Assembly: GCA_963771465.1 (NCBI GenBank)
Contig: CAVYTU010000014.1
Coordinates: 448,001 to 512,000, forward strand
Direction: 5' to 3'
DNA length: 64,000 bases
From: an uncultured delta proteobacterium
GTDB taxonomy: Bacteria > Desulfobacterota > Binatia > UBA9968
The notes below the pieces were generated by a model that was given only the letters and a program-made list of their open reading frames with translations, was not told the origin of the DNA and did not search any database. Position numbers and translations under genes: made by a program. Shown here piece by piece: positions 18,600 through 28,158 of this stretch. Position 1 is the stretch's first letter; every line of letters starts with the position of its first letter.

Positions 18600-19296
18600 A
18601 ATCTTCGCCCTCGGCGCCCTCGACGGCGGCGAGCGCGAAGACTTCGAAGCCCATCTGGCCGCCGGCTGCGCGATCTGCGAAGCTCACGTCCGTGAAACCC
18701 GGGAAACGTTGAGTGTACTCCACCGCGCGCTGAAGCCAATAAACCCACCGGCCGCGGTCAAGACTCGGCTTTTCGATCAAATCGCCAAAGATAACGTCGT
18801 GCCGATCGCCGCCGCGGGCGCAAAAAAAATCGCGCCGTGGCGAAAAATCACTGGCGCGTTGGCCGCCGGCATTGTTGGCATAGTGATCGGTGGAACTTAC
18901 TACCGTTTGTCCTACGAACCGCGCCACACGGTTTATACTTCCGTGATCAATTTGCTACGCGATCCGGCGACGCGCGATCACGCTCTCTACGGCGCCGGCC
19001 CGGTGCCACAAGCCAAAGGCCGTTTTCTCTGGAACGAATCGGGTGAAGGCCACATCTTCGCGACCAATCTTCCCGCCGCTGCCGAAGGGAAAATGTACGC
19101 CGTCTGGACCATCGCGGAAAACTCCGCGCCGCGCTACGTCGGGACCATCAAGACCGACGCCAAAGGCCAAGGCGGTCTGCACGTCAATTCCACCCGCAGT
19201 GACAAACCGATAGAAACCTTTGCAGTCACTCTCGAACCGGACGGCACCACCGCCGCACCGACGGGGCCGATGGTGCTGGTTTCCAAACAGTCGTAG
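18562..19296 (+). CDS. Anti-sigma-K factor RskA-like
   Basis: HLAAGCAIC motif, one TM helix, C-terminal YAVW...FAVTLEP.G..APTGP. Confidence 0.87.
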   Translation: MAREHEHWTEQGEIFALGALDGGEREDFEAHLAAGCAICEAHVRETRETLSVLHRALKPINPPAAVKTRLFDQIAKDNVVPIAAAGAKKIAPWRKITGALAAGIVGIVIGGTYYRLSYEPRHTVYTSVINLLRDPATRDHALYGAGPVPQAKGRFLWNESGEGHIFATNLPAAAEGKMYAVWTIAENSAPRYVGTIKTDAKGQGGLHVNSTRSDKPIETFAVTLEPDGTTAAPTGPMVLVSKQS

Positions 19297-19302
19297 CCAA
19301 AA

Positions 19303-19322
19303 AGGCGGGTTGCAAACCCGCC
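19303..19322. terminator. Hairpin between convergent genes (terminator or REP-like)
   Basis: GGCGGGTT-GCA-AACCCGCC preceded by an A-run. Confidence 0.5.
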
Positions 19323-19405
19323 GCCACAATTTCTATTCCCCTTTGTGTCTTTGCGCTCTTTGCGGCTAATCTCGCGATTCTGATCAGCGCGGTCCCAAGC
19401 GGCAA

Positions 19406-19888
19406 CTATGTGATCTTCGTATTTTTTGCGGTTACTTCCCTACCGAGAACCATTTTTCGATGCGCAATTCCCGCTTCGTCGAAAATTTTCCCGACGGCGT
19501 GAAAACCCATCCGCTCGTAGAAGCCAGTCACGGCGACCTGTGCGTATAGGTAAATCCGCCGCGCGTGCAATCTTTTCGCCGCCAAAATGGCGCGCTTGAG
19601 TAAAGCCGCGCCAATGCCCTTGCGTCGATAACTCTTCAGCACCGCCATGCGCCCGATCTTCGCGTGGCCCTGGCGCATTACCACTCTAGCCGTTCCCACG
19701 GCCGTGCCTGAACTGATCGCAAGAAAATGAACGGCGCGCTGATCATCGGTATCCAATTCAATCTCCGCCGGCACACGTTGCTCCCGCACGAACACACGGA
19801 TGCGGATTGTGAAGACTTGCACCAGCTCCAACTGGGAAGACACGTGTTTAATTTTCAGCGCTGATCTCGTCTTGCCATTTCTGCTCAT
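19406..19888 (-). CDS. GNAT N-acetyltransferase (ElaA/YjcF-like)
   Basis: IR..VFV.EQ, KIGRMAVL..YRRKGIG, FYERMGF, F.EAGI.H. Confidence 0.88.
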   Translation of the reverse strand: MSRNGKTRSALKIKHVSSQLELVQVFTIRIRVFVREQRVPAEIELDTDDQRAVHFLAISSGTAVGTARVVMRQGHAKIGRMAVLKSYRRKGIGAALLKRAILAAKRLHARRIYLYAQVAVTGFYERMGFHAVGKIFDEAGIAHRKMVLGREVTAKNTKIT

Positions 19889-20027
19889 TGAAATCCTTCC
19901 GTTTATTCACTGCTATCTGGAATGCCCGCTGGCTTCCCCATGTTGACACAAGCTAAACTTATCGGATAGTTTCACTTCAGTGATCGTTCACGTTGTACCC
20001 TGAACCAACCAGTAAAGGAGACTTGCC

Positions 20028-20504
20028 ATGCCGAAGATCAGAGGCCTTAGCCACGTGGTGCTCTACGTCAATGACTTGGACAAAATGGTCGAGTTCTACA
20101 CCGACGTACTCGGACTCGTAAAGTATCGTGTGAACGAGCGGCGCATGGTCTTCTTGACCTCCGATCCTGAAAAGGAAGACCACGAGCTAGCCCTGACCAC
20201 GGGGCGGGAAGGTCAAGCCAAGCTGATCGCCCACATCGCGTGGAAAGTCGATAAGCCATCCGAGGTAAAAGAATTCTATGAGCGGTTCAAAGCCAAGGGC
20301 GTGCCCATCGATCACTGCGTCAGCCACGCTTATACGGAAATGGGCAACACGGTGTCGTGCTATTTTCTCGATCCCGAAGGCAACCGCATCGAAATTTACG
20401 CTATCGTGTCCCAACGCGACGACGCGCGCATCAATCGTCCGCTCGATCTGGAGAAGAGCGTCGACGAAATCGTCGCGCAAGCGAGCGGACTGGGCATACA
20501 CTGA
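20028..20504 (+). CDS. VOC/glyoxalase family protein
   Basis: LSHVVLYV.D..FY..VLGL, HIAW, YFLDPEGNRIE. Confidence 0.88.
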   Translation: MPKIRGLSHVVLYVNDLDKMVEFYTDVLGLVKYRVNERRMVFLTSDPEKEDHELALTTGREGQAKLIAHIAWKVDKPSEVKEFYERFKAKGVPIDHCVSHAYTEMGNTVSCYFLDPEGNRIEIYAIVSQRDDARINRPLDLEKSVDEIVAQASGLGIH

Positions 20505-20535
20505 TTCGGCACGAATGGAGAAGGAACCCGCAACG

Positions 20536-20856
20536 ATGAAACAAAACTGCTTTGTCTGTCAGAATATCGATTGCCAGAGCCGTGGCTCTGAAGAACTCAT
20601 GCAAGAACTCACCGCGCAAGTCGCTGCGAAATCCATCGACGCCGAGGTCAAACCCTATATCTGCTTCGGCGGCTGTGATTTTGGCCCTAACATCGTCGTT
20701 CATCCGCAAAAAAATTGGTACGCCGGGGTCAAGAAAGAAGACTTGCCGGAGATTGTCGATTCCCTAGCCGGCGGCCCCGCCGTCACCCGCCTCGACACCA
20801 TCGACGGCTCATTAAAAGATATCGTCTATCAGCTGCTCGATGCCGGCGTGTACTGA
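20536..20856 (+). CDS. Thioredoxin-like [2Fe-2S] ferredoxin
   Basis: VCQNIDC...CFGGC..GPN..V.P...WY. Confidence 0.85.
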   Translation: MKQNCFVCQNIDCQSRGSEELMQELTAQVAAKSIDAEVKPYICFGGCDFGPNIVVHPQKNWYAGVKKEDLPEIVDSLAGGPAVTRLDTIDGSLKDIVYQLLDAGVY

Positions 20857-20858
20857 GT

Positions 20859-21572
20859 TTAATTTCCACGATCCAAGAGACGGCCATAACCGGGGATGGG
20901 ATCGTCCATCCCCATAGCGCCCAAGCATTCCCAAGTCCAAGCTTGGGTGTTGGTCACCACCGGTTTGCCGCTGTCTTTTTCAATTCGCTCGATGACCGAT
21001 ACCGTGCGCCATTTGTTACAAGGCATGTAGACGCCGTCGACCTCTGGATGTTCGCGCAATAGCGCCATCGACAAATCGTAACCGCTCTCCGGCGGCAATT
21101 CCCAGATCACTGTGACGTTGGGACAGCCCAAGCCGCGAAAGGCGACGACTTCGATGCCGTCATGAGCGAGAAACTAGACCAATCGCTCGTCTTGATCTTC
21201 AGAAAATGGCGACGCCATCACCACGCGCTTCAAACCCAGCGCGCGGCATCCGCGCGTCACCGCCGTCAAGACCGTCGAAGCCGGCGTCGCCGTGATCTGT
21301 TTCACTAAGTTAAGTATCGCGCGATCCGAACCCGGTCCCTTGTACGAGAGAAACAACTCACCGGTCACCATCAAGAAATCCAATGGCAGGCACGCCAAGT
21401 CCCGCACGAGCCCTTGAAAAGTCTGCTCGGCGCGCTGAAATTCAGCGTCGGTGTATTGGCTCACATGCAACGTTCGCCCCTCGATCCGAATCCCCTCTGG
21501 AAAAATTTTATAAACGGCGACCAACGTATCGTCGGTCGTATTCGGCGAGATGAGTCCGATCAGTTTCATCAT
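20859..21572 (-). CDS. Maleate isomerase/arylmalonate decarboxylase family protein (frameshift near 21175)
   Basis: IGLISP, ALGLKRV.MASPF, then FLAHDGIEVV..DGVYMPCNKW..IE...GKPVVT..QA..W..PGYGRLL in another frame. Confidence 0.75.
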
Positions 21573-21628
21573 GCCTCCGCAATAATTTTGTGCGCGGTTC
21601 GAACGTAGCAGCGCATTGGCAACTTCGC

Positions 21629-22525
21629 TTAATGCAGATTCCTCGTCACATCGCCAAACAACTCGTCCACTGCGATCTGCGTCGGAATCAATCTTTGCTG
21701 GACGCAATAATTGATGATCAACTCCAGGCTTCGCCTAATATTTTCAACACCGAACTGGATCGGATCAAGCGCGGTACCTACAGCAGTCGCGGCTTGTTTG
21801 CTTTCCCGAAGCAGGCGGTAAATCTCCTTCACGGCCGCTGGATTGGACTTTGCCAGCGACTCTTTCACGACCAGCATGTGGTTGATCGGCAACACGCCGT
21901 ACTTCTCACCCCAGGCTTTTGCCGCCTCATGAGGATTGGCAAAAACTGGCTGTAATCTCGTGTCTTTGAGATCCGCGCCACCGACAAGTCCGGCGTCGAC
22001 GGCGCCGTCGATGAGCATTTGCCCAAGCGATTTGCCGGCGGGCGCGCGCACTGCGATCGGCGGATCCGAATACTCTGCAACATGGGGGTCTTCAAAGGTC
22101 ACCCATTTGATGCTGTCGAGATCGACGTCATGATCGTTTTGTAAGACACCACGCATCCATGCAGCGGTAGTCACAGAGTACGCACGGATGCCGACGCGCT
22201 TGCCGTTCAGATCAGCTGGCGAAATCCGGCCGCGCTCGGCGTTGTAGACCAGAAACGGATGCGGCATCGAACCGACGACGACCGCAGGTAGCAGCACGAG
22301 CGGTTTACCATGCGCCCTAGCCTGTAAATAAGTGACGATTGCCAACTCGGCGACATCGTACTTGAAATGGCGCACAACATCTTTGAACGCGGTATTTGGC
22401 ACCTTCACATCGGCGAAGTCGAAGACAATATTCGGCGAGCGAACGTCGCCGTTCTTCAACGCCAACGTGTTCGGATAGTCGCCCAATAGCGTTTTGAGTG
22501 TCACAACGTTCAATTCATTGCTCAT
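21629..22525 (-). CDS. 4,5-dihydroxyphthalate decarboxylase-like / periplasmic-binding-fold protein
   Basis: L.GDYPNT.ALK, DVAELAIVTYL, DL.GKRVGIRAYS.TT..W.RG, PINH. Confidence 0.8.
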   Translation of the reverse strand: MSNELNVVTLKTLLGDYPNTLALKNGDVRSPNIVFDFADVKVPNTAFKDVVRHFKYDVAELAIVTYLQARAHGKPLVLLPAVVVGSMPHPFLVYNAERGRISPADLNGKRVGIRAYSVTTAAWMRGVLQNDHDVDLDSIKWVTFEDPHVAEYSDPPIAVRAPAGKSLGQMLIDGAVDAGLVGGADLKDTRLQPVFANPHEAAKAWGEKYGVLPINHMLVVKESLAKSNPAAVKEIYRLLRESKQAATAVGTALDPIQFGVENIRRSLELIINYCVQQRLIPTQIAVDELFGDVTRNLH

Positions 22526-22661
22526 TCGATTTCATCTCTCTTTCTCCCTTTTGGCGTCCTTCGCGTTCTTGCGTGCTACTGCTATCACCGTACGTCTAGC
22601 CTGGCAATTCGGATGAAATTTCCCTCGCAACCGCGTCATCGCTTTGCTACGATGGTTGTTC

Positions 22662-23459
22662 ATGAAAGTCATTCGCAAAGCACTCACCATCGCGGGCTCG
22701 GACTCCGGCGCCGGCGCCGGTATCCAGGCCGATCTTAAGACTTTCGCCGCCCTCGGTGTCTACGGCACTTCGGCGATCACCGCGATCACGGCGCAGAACA
22801 CGGTTGAAGTGACCCAGGTTTTAGCGCTAAATCCGAAACTCGTCGGCGCGCAGATCGACGCCGTCGTTGACGACATCGGCGCTCATGCGCTCAAGACCGG
22901 CATGCTCGCCAATGCCGGGATTATCGACGTGGTGGTAAACAAAATTCGCCAACATCGCTTGAAAAATATCGTGGTTGATCCGGTGATGGTGGCGACTTCC
23001 GGTGATCTGTTGATAGAGAAAAACGCCGTCGCTGCGTTGCGCACCAAACTCATCCCGCTGGCAAACGTAGTGACCCCGAACATTCCGGAAGCCGAAGAGT
23101 TAACCGGCATGACGCTTCGCACGTCAGAGGATACGCGAGAAGCGGCGCGGCAAATCATCAAGATGGGGCCGAAGACCGTCGTCATCAAAGGCGGCCATCT
23201 CCAAGGTCCGGCGATGGATCTTTTTTATGACGGTAAGAATTTTACTGAGTTCAACGCGCCGCGCATCCGCAGCAAAAACACCCACGGCACCGGCTGCACG
23301 TTTTCGGCAGCGATCGCGGCGTATCTGGCCACAGGCGAAAAGATCGACCGTGCTGTGGCGCTTGCCAAGAAGTATACTACTCGAGCGCTCCAGTCGAGCT
23401 TTACCATCGGCGCGGGTCATAGCCCAGTGCATCACTTTCATCAATTCTGGAAGATCTGA
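22662..23459 (+). CDS. thiD: Hydroxymethylpyrimidine/phosphomethylpyrimidine kinase
   Basis: [41 protein letters not shown]. Confidence 0.95.
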   Translation: MKVIRKALTIAGSDSGAGAGIQADLKTFAALGVYGTSAITAITAQNTVEVTQVLALNPKLVGAQIDAVVDDIGAHALKTGMLANAGIIDVVVNKIRQHRLKNIVVDPVMVATSGDLLIEKNAVAALRTKLIPLANVVTPNIPEAEELTGMTLRTSEDTREAARQIIKMGPKTVVIKGGHLQGPAMDLFYDGKNFTEFNAPRIRSKNTHGTGCTFSAAIAAYLATGEKIDRAVALAKKYTTRALQSSFTIGAGHSPVHHFHQFWKI

Positions 23460-23498
23460 TTAAGCTCGAGGGTGAGACGAATTGGGCACAACGCCAAT

Positions 23499-24254
23499 TT
23501 ACTTGCCGGCCTGTTCCATGTCGGCGACAATCGCGCGGGCGGCTGCAACGGGATCTCTGGCTTCGATGATCGGACGACCGACGACGATGTAGTCGACGCC
23601 GGCGCGCTCGGCTTCGGCCGGAGTCATGACGCGCTGCTGATCGTTTCGGCTGCCATCGGCCGGGCGAATACCCGGCGTGACGATGACGAAGCGCCGGCCG
23701 CAGGCTTCGCGAATGGCCGCCACTTCATGCGGCGAGGCAACCACGCCATCCATGCCGGCTTGCTTGGTCAGCAAGGCTAGGCGCTCTACCTGCGCGGCGA
23801 CTTTCTGGGTGACACCCACCCGTTTGAGATCGTCCTGATTTAAACTGGTCAGCACCGTCACCGCCAGCATGATCGGCCGGCGCCGCTGTTCCTGGCGGCA
23901 CACACGCTGCACTTCCTTCACCGTCAAACGCATCATTTCCAGACTACCCGAAGCATGCACGTTAAACATTTTGACGCCCAAACGGGTCGCTTCGATGGCA
24001 GCTTTAGCGACGGTGTTGGGAATATCGTGAAACTTGAGATCGAGAAAAATCTCGCCGCCGAGCTCTTGAATCAAGCGCACCGCCTGCGGCCCGGCATGGG
24101 TGAAGAGCTGCTTGCCGATCTTGAACATGCCGACTTCCCCGGCCAGCGAGTGGACCAGTTCTGTGGCTTGCTCCAAGTTGTCCACATCCAAAGCAACGAT
24201 CAAGCGCTCGCGCATGGAAGCGCGTTTTCGCACCAGCTCGAGCTTGGATGCCAT
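23499..24254 (-). CDS. pyrF: Orotidine-5'-phosphate decarboxylase
   Basis: IVALD, FLDLKFHDIPNT, VTPGIRP, VVGRPI. Confidence 0.96.
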   Translation of the reverse strand: MASKLELVRKRASMRERLIVALDVDNLEQATELVHSLAGEVGMFKIGKQLFTHAGPQAVRLIQELGGEIFLDLKFHDIPNTVAKAAIEATRLGVKMFNVHASGSLEMMRLTVKEVQRVCRQEQRRRPIMLAVTVLTSLNQDDLKRVGVTQKVAAQVERLALLTKQAGMDGVVASPHEVAAIREACGRRFVIVTPGIRPADGSRNDQQRVMTPAEAERAGVDYIVVGRPIIEARDPVAAARAIVADMEQAGK

Positions 24255-24257
24255 AAT

Positions 24258-25985
24258 TTAAGCCTGGACTGCTTGGGTAATTAAATTCTGAATCGTTTTT
24301 GCCGCATCGGCGACGGCAATTTCATCGGTCTTGCCGTCGCGGCGCCAGCGTAACTCGACGCAACCTTTATCCAAACTCTTCGCGCCGATGGTCACGCGCA
24401 GAGGAATACCGACGAGATCGCCGTCTTTGAATTTCACACCCGGCCGCTCGTCACGGTCGTCGAGCAGCACATCGACGCCACGCCGCTGCAACTCTTGATA
24501 CAGCTTGTCCGCCGCGTCGCGCAACTTTTCCTCTTTGTAATTGATCGGCAGGACGAGCACTTGAAACGGCGCGATGGAGAACGGCCAGATGATGCCGTTG
24601 GCGTCGTGATTTTGTTCGATCGCAGCCGCCACCAAGCGGCTGATGCCGATACCGTAGCAGCCCATTTGGATGGGCTGCTCGCGCCCCTCGGTGTCGAGAA
24701 AAGTCGCGCCCATCTTCTCGCTGTACCTAGTGCCGAGATAAAATACCTGGCCGACTTCAATGCCACGGTGGCTTTCCAACTTACCTTTCTCACAGCGCGG
24801 ACAGGCATCGCCGTTCACGGCGAGGCGCAAATCGGCGAACGCCGACGGCGTGAAGTCGCGCTCTTGATCGATTTGGATATAGTGCGCGTTGGCTTCGTTG
24901 GCGCCGGTGACCGCGCTGCGCATGCCTTGCACGCTCAGATCGGCCACCACACGGAGCTTGAGTCCGATGGGTCCCAAATAGCCGGGTATTGCGTCCGTCG
25001 CCGCAGCAACTGACGTCTCGTCGGCGAGGGCCACCTCGCGGCAACCGAGAACGGTGCGGAGCTTGAGCTCGTTGACTTCGTGGTCACCGCGCACTAGCAC
25101 CGCGACCAGTTCGTCGCTATCGGTTTTGTAAACCAACGTCTTGATGAATTTATCCACGGTCAATTTCAAAAACTCGGCGACCGCGGCAACACTTTTCTTT
25201 CCAGGGGTCGCAACTTTTTCGAGTTTGGGCGACTCCTCGGAAATTTCCCGTCCCGCCGGGCGCTTGTTTTTTACTTCGGCCTTTTCGACATTGGCCGCGT
25301 AGTCGCAGCTATTGCAGCTAACGATCGCATCTTCACCCGACTCGGCGAGCACCTGAAACTCATGGGATTGACTGCCGCCGATGGCGCCGGTGTCGGCCTC
25401 GACGGGACGAAAGCTCAAACCCAATCGGCCGAAAATCCGCCGGTAGGTCTGATACATGTTGTCGTACTCGCGCCGGCAGTCGTCGATGTCGGTGTGAAAG
25501 CTGTAAGCATCCTTCATAATGAACTCACGCCCGCGCATCAGGCCAAAGCGCGGCCGCGGTTCGTCGCGAAACTTGGTTTGAATCTGATACAGGTTCATCG
25601 GCAGCTCGCGGTACGAGCGCACCGAGCGGCGCACCAGATCGGTGACGATCTCCTCATGGGTCGGCCCGAGACAGAAGTCGCGCTCGTTGCGATCTTTGAA
25701 GCGCATCAACTCTTTGCCGTAGTAGTCCCAGCGGCCGCTCTCCTGCCACAGCTCCGCTGGAGCAGATATCGGCATGAGCAATTCTTGCGCGCCAGCGCGG
25801 TTCATTTCCTCGCGCACGATGGTTTCGATTTTGCGGATGACTCTTAACGCCAGTGGAAAATAATCGTAAACGCCGCGGCTGATTTGGCGGATGAAGCCGG
25901 CGCGCACCAGCAGTTTATGGCTGACGACTTCGGCGTCCGCCGGCTCTTCTTTCAATGTCGGTATGAGAGTTTTGCTCCAACGCAT
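24258..25985 (-). CDS. proS: Proline--tRNA ligase
   Basis: LGPTHEE, FRDEPRPRFGLMRGREF, editing insertion, MGCYGIG. Confidence 0.97.
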   Translation of the reverse strand: MRWSKTLIPTLKEEPADAEVVSHKLLVRAGFIRQISRGVYDYFPLALRVIRKIETIVREEMNRAGAQELLMPISAPAELWQESGRWDYYGKELMRFKDRNERDFCLGPTHEEIVTDLVRRSVRSYRELPMNLYQIQTKFRDEPRPRFGLMRGREFIMKDAYSFHTDIDDCRREYDNMYQTYRRIFGRLGLSFRPVEADTGAIGGSQSHEFQVLAESGEDAIVSCNSCDYAANVEKAEVKNKRPAGREISEESPKLEKVATPGKKSVAAVAEFLKLTVDKFIKTLVYKTDSDELVAVLVRGDHEVNELKLRTVLGCREVALADETSVAAATDAIPGYLGPIGLKLRVVADLSVQGMRSAVTGANEANAHYIQIDQERDFTPSAFADLRLAVNGDACPRCEKGKLESHRGIEVGQVFYLGTRYSEKMGATFLDTEGREQPIQMGCYGIGISRLVAAAIEQNHDANGIIWPFSIAPFQVLVLPINYKEEKLRDAADKLYQELQRRGVDVLLDDRDERPGVKFKDGDLVGIPLRVTIGAKSLDKGCVELRWRRDGKTDEIAVADAAKTIQNLITQAVQA

Positions 25986-26027
25986 GGGTAATTTGTTATC
26001 GAGAATAGGCAGAACGACGTGGAGGAA

Positions 26028-27125
26028 TCAGCCGTCCGCGGCGGCGCTCGGCTCGGTCGCTTTTTCGGCAGCGAATTTTTCCACTTCTTCCATCAGCGCG
26101 TCAACGATTTCCGCCTCCGGCACTTTGCGGATCACCTCGCCGCGCTTGAAGATCAGACCGATACCCTTACCGCCGGCGACGCCGAGATCGGCGGCGCGCG
26201 CTTCACCGGGACCGTTAACTTCGCAGCCCATCACCGCGACGTGAATGTTAAGATTACCGTAGGGCGCCATTCGTTCCTCGACCTTCTTAGCGAGACCGAC
26301 GAGATCGACATCGGCTCGGCCGCAGGACGGGCAAGCGACAAAGGTCATGCCTTCTTTGCGAATCTTCAGCGCCTTGAGAATTTCCAGACCGACGCGCACT
26401 TCTTCCACGGGGTCCGCCGCCAGTGAAACTCGGATGGTGTCGCCGATGCCTTCGGCCAAAAGCGTGCCCAGTCCGACCGCGGACTTGATCGTGCCGATGC
26501 CCGGCGTTCCGGCTTCCGTGACGCCGAGATGAAACGGATAATCGACTTTGTCGGCGAGCGCGCGATAGGCTTCGATCATCATCAAGGGATCGGATGCTTT
26601 GAGCGAAATCTTGATTTCCCGGTAGCCGACATCTTCAAGAATACGAATATGCCGCAGGCCGCTTTCGACCATGCCTTCGACCGTCGGGCCATTGAATTTT
26701 TGTAGCAGATCCTTTTCCAACGAACCGGCGTTGACGCCGATACGGATCGGAATCTTTCGCTCGGAAGCCGCTTTGACGACTTCTTCGACATATTTGCGCG
26801 CGCCGATGTTGCCCGGATTGAGGCGCAAACCGTCGACACCCTGGGCGATGGCGATGAGCGCCAGCTTGTAGTTGAAATGAATGTCGGCAACCAGCGGGAT
26901 CCGAATGCGCTTTTTGATCTCGCCCAACTGCTCCGCCGCTTCGCGTACCGGGACGGCGCAGCGCACAATCTCGCATCCGGCCGCTTCCAACGACCAGATC
27001 TGCTGCACGGTCGCACGCACGTCGCGGGTGTCGGTCTTAGTCATCGACTGCACCGTGATCGGCGCATCGCCGCCCACTGACACCTTGCCGAGTTGCAGCG
27101 GCCGGGATTTACGTCGTTGAATCAT
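26028..27125 (-). CDS. ispG: 4-hydroxy-3-methylbut-2-en-1-yl diphosphate synthase
   Basis: VQSMT, ADIHF, RLNPGN, HLGVTEAG, CPSCGR, MGCEVNGPGE. Confidence 0.97.
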   Translation of the reverse strand: MIQRRKSRPLQLGKVSVGGDAPITVQSMTKTDTRDVRATVQQIWSLEAAGCEIVRCAVPVREAAEQLGEIKKRIRIPLVADIHFNYKLALIAIAQGVDGLRLNPGNIGARKYVEEVVKAASERKIPIRIGVNAGSLEKDLLQKFNGPTVEGMVESGLRHIRILEDVGYREIKISLKASDPLMMIEAYRALADKVDYPFHLGVTEAGTPGIGTIKSAVGLGTLLAEGIGDTIRVSLAADPVEEVRVGLEILKALKIRKEGMTFVACPSCGRADVDLVGLAKKVEERMAPYGNLNIHVAVMGCEVNGPGEARAADLGVAGGKGIGLIFKRGEVIRKVPEAEIVDALMEEVEKFAAEKATEPSAAADG

Positions 27126-27264
27126 GCCTCAACTATAGAGAACCAACTAGACGGGGTCAATCAGCGAAAAGAGTCGCTGACCGCGCTCTTGTGACTGAAA
27201 TCGCAGCGACGAAGGAGCTTGCTCAGCGGTCTGACGCGGACCAAACCCGATGCCGGCTTGCGAA

Positions 27265-28134
27265 TCAGCCGTCTTTCTCCTCCGGCGCGCGCGCCGCAGC
27301 CGGCCGAGCGCCGCCGCGTTGCGGCCGCGCCGGCGCTGCATCCGACGCCATCGATTTGGCTTCGTCTTTTTTCCTGCGATCACCTTCGGGGATAATCAGC
27401 AGCCGGCGATAGGAACCTTGGCCGAGACTTCTCGTCGTCACCCAGGGGTCGTCTTGCAGCGCCGCATGGATGATTCGGCGGTCGGCCGCGCTGAGCGCGT
27501 CCACCGTGACGGTTTTTCTTTGCCGCTTGGCTTTTTCGCCGAGACGCAGTGCCATGTCTTCGAGAGATCTGCGCCGGCGCTCACGGTAGCTTTCAATGTC
27601 GATGATGATATGCGGCCCTTCGCTGCTCTGCCGTTCGCCGGCGATGCGGCCGATCAGATATTGCAACGCTTCCAGCGTTTGTCCCTTGCGGCCAATCAAA
27701 AGACCGCTATCCGCCGTTTTAATTTCGAGAATAATTTCCGCGCCACCGGCCGCCGCCTTTTGTTCCACTGTCGCTGCTACACCCATGAGCTGTAGGATCG
27801 CCGCCAAAGTCGTCTTGGCCTTGTCGACCATGGCGGCGATGTCGACGGAGATAGCCGCTGGTTCAGCGCCGGAGGCCATCTCTACCATCGGCGCCGGCGC
27901 CGCGGGCTTCGCAGGTATCGCAACTGCGGCGGGATTTGCCGGCCGGTCGATTTCAATGGCGGTTTTTCTCAGCGCAGCGTGCACCTTGGCTTTCTGCGCG
28001 CCGAAACCGAGAATGCCCTTGCGGCCTTCGCTGAGAATATCGACGGTAACTTTATCGCGCGTGACGCCCAGTAATTTCAGCGCGCTGTCGATGGCAGCAT
28101 CTATGGTGTCGCCTTCGGTTTCCACGAAATCCAT
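27265..28134 (-). CDS. jag: Jag/EloR RNA-binding protein (KH, R3H)
   Basis: Jag_N, LLIGRKGQTL.ALQY, DRRIIH; follows yidC. Confidence 0.93.
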   Translation of the reverse strand: MDFVETEGDTIDAAIDSALKLLGVTRDKVTVDILSEGRKGILGFGAQKAKVHAALRKTAIEIDRPANPAAVAIPAKPAAPAPMVEMASGAEPAAISVDIAAMVDKAKTTLAAILQLMGVAATVEQKAAAGGAEIILEIKTADSGLLIGRKGQTLEALQYLIGRIAGERQSSEGPHIIIDIESYRERRRRSLEDMALRLGEKAKRQRKTVTVDALSAADRRIIHAALQDDPWVTTRSLGQGSYRRLLIIPEGDRRKKDEAKSMASDAAPARPQRGGARPAAARAPEEKDG

Positions 28135-28158
28135 AAATCAGACCTTTCTCAATGACGC

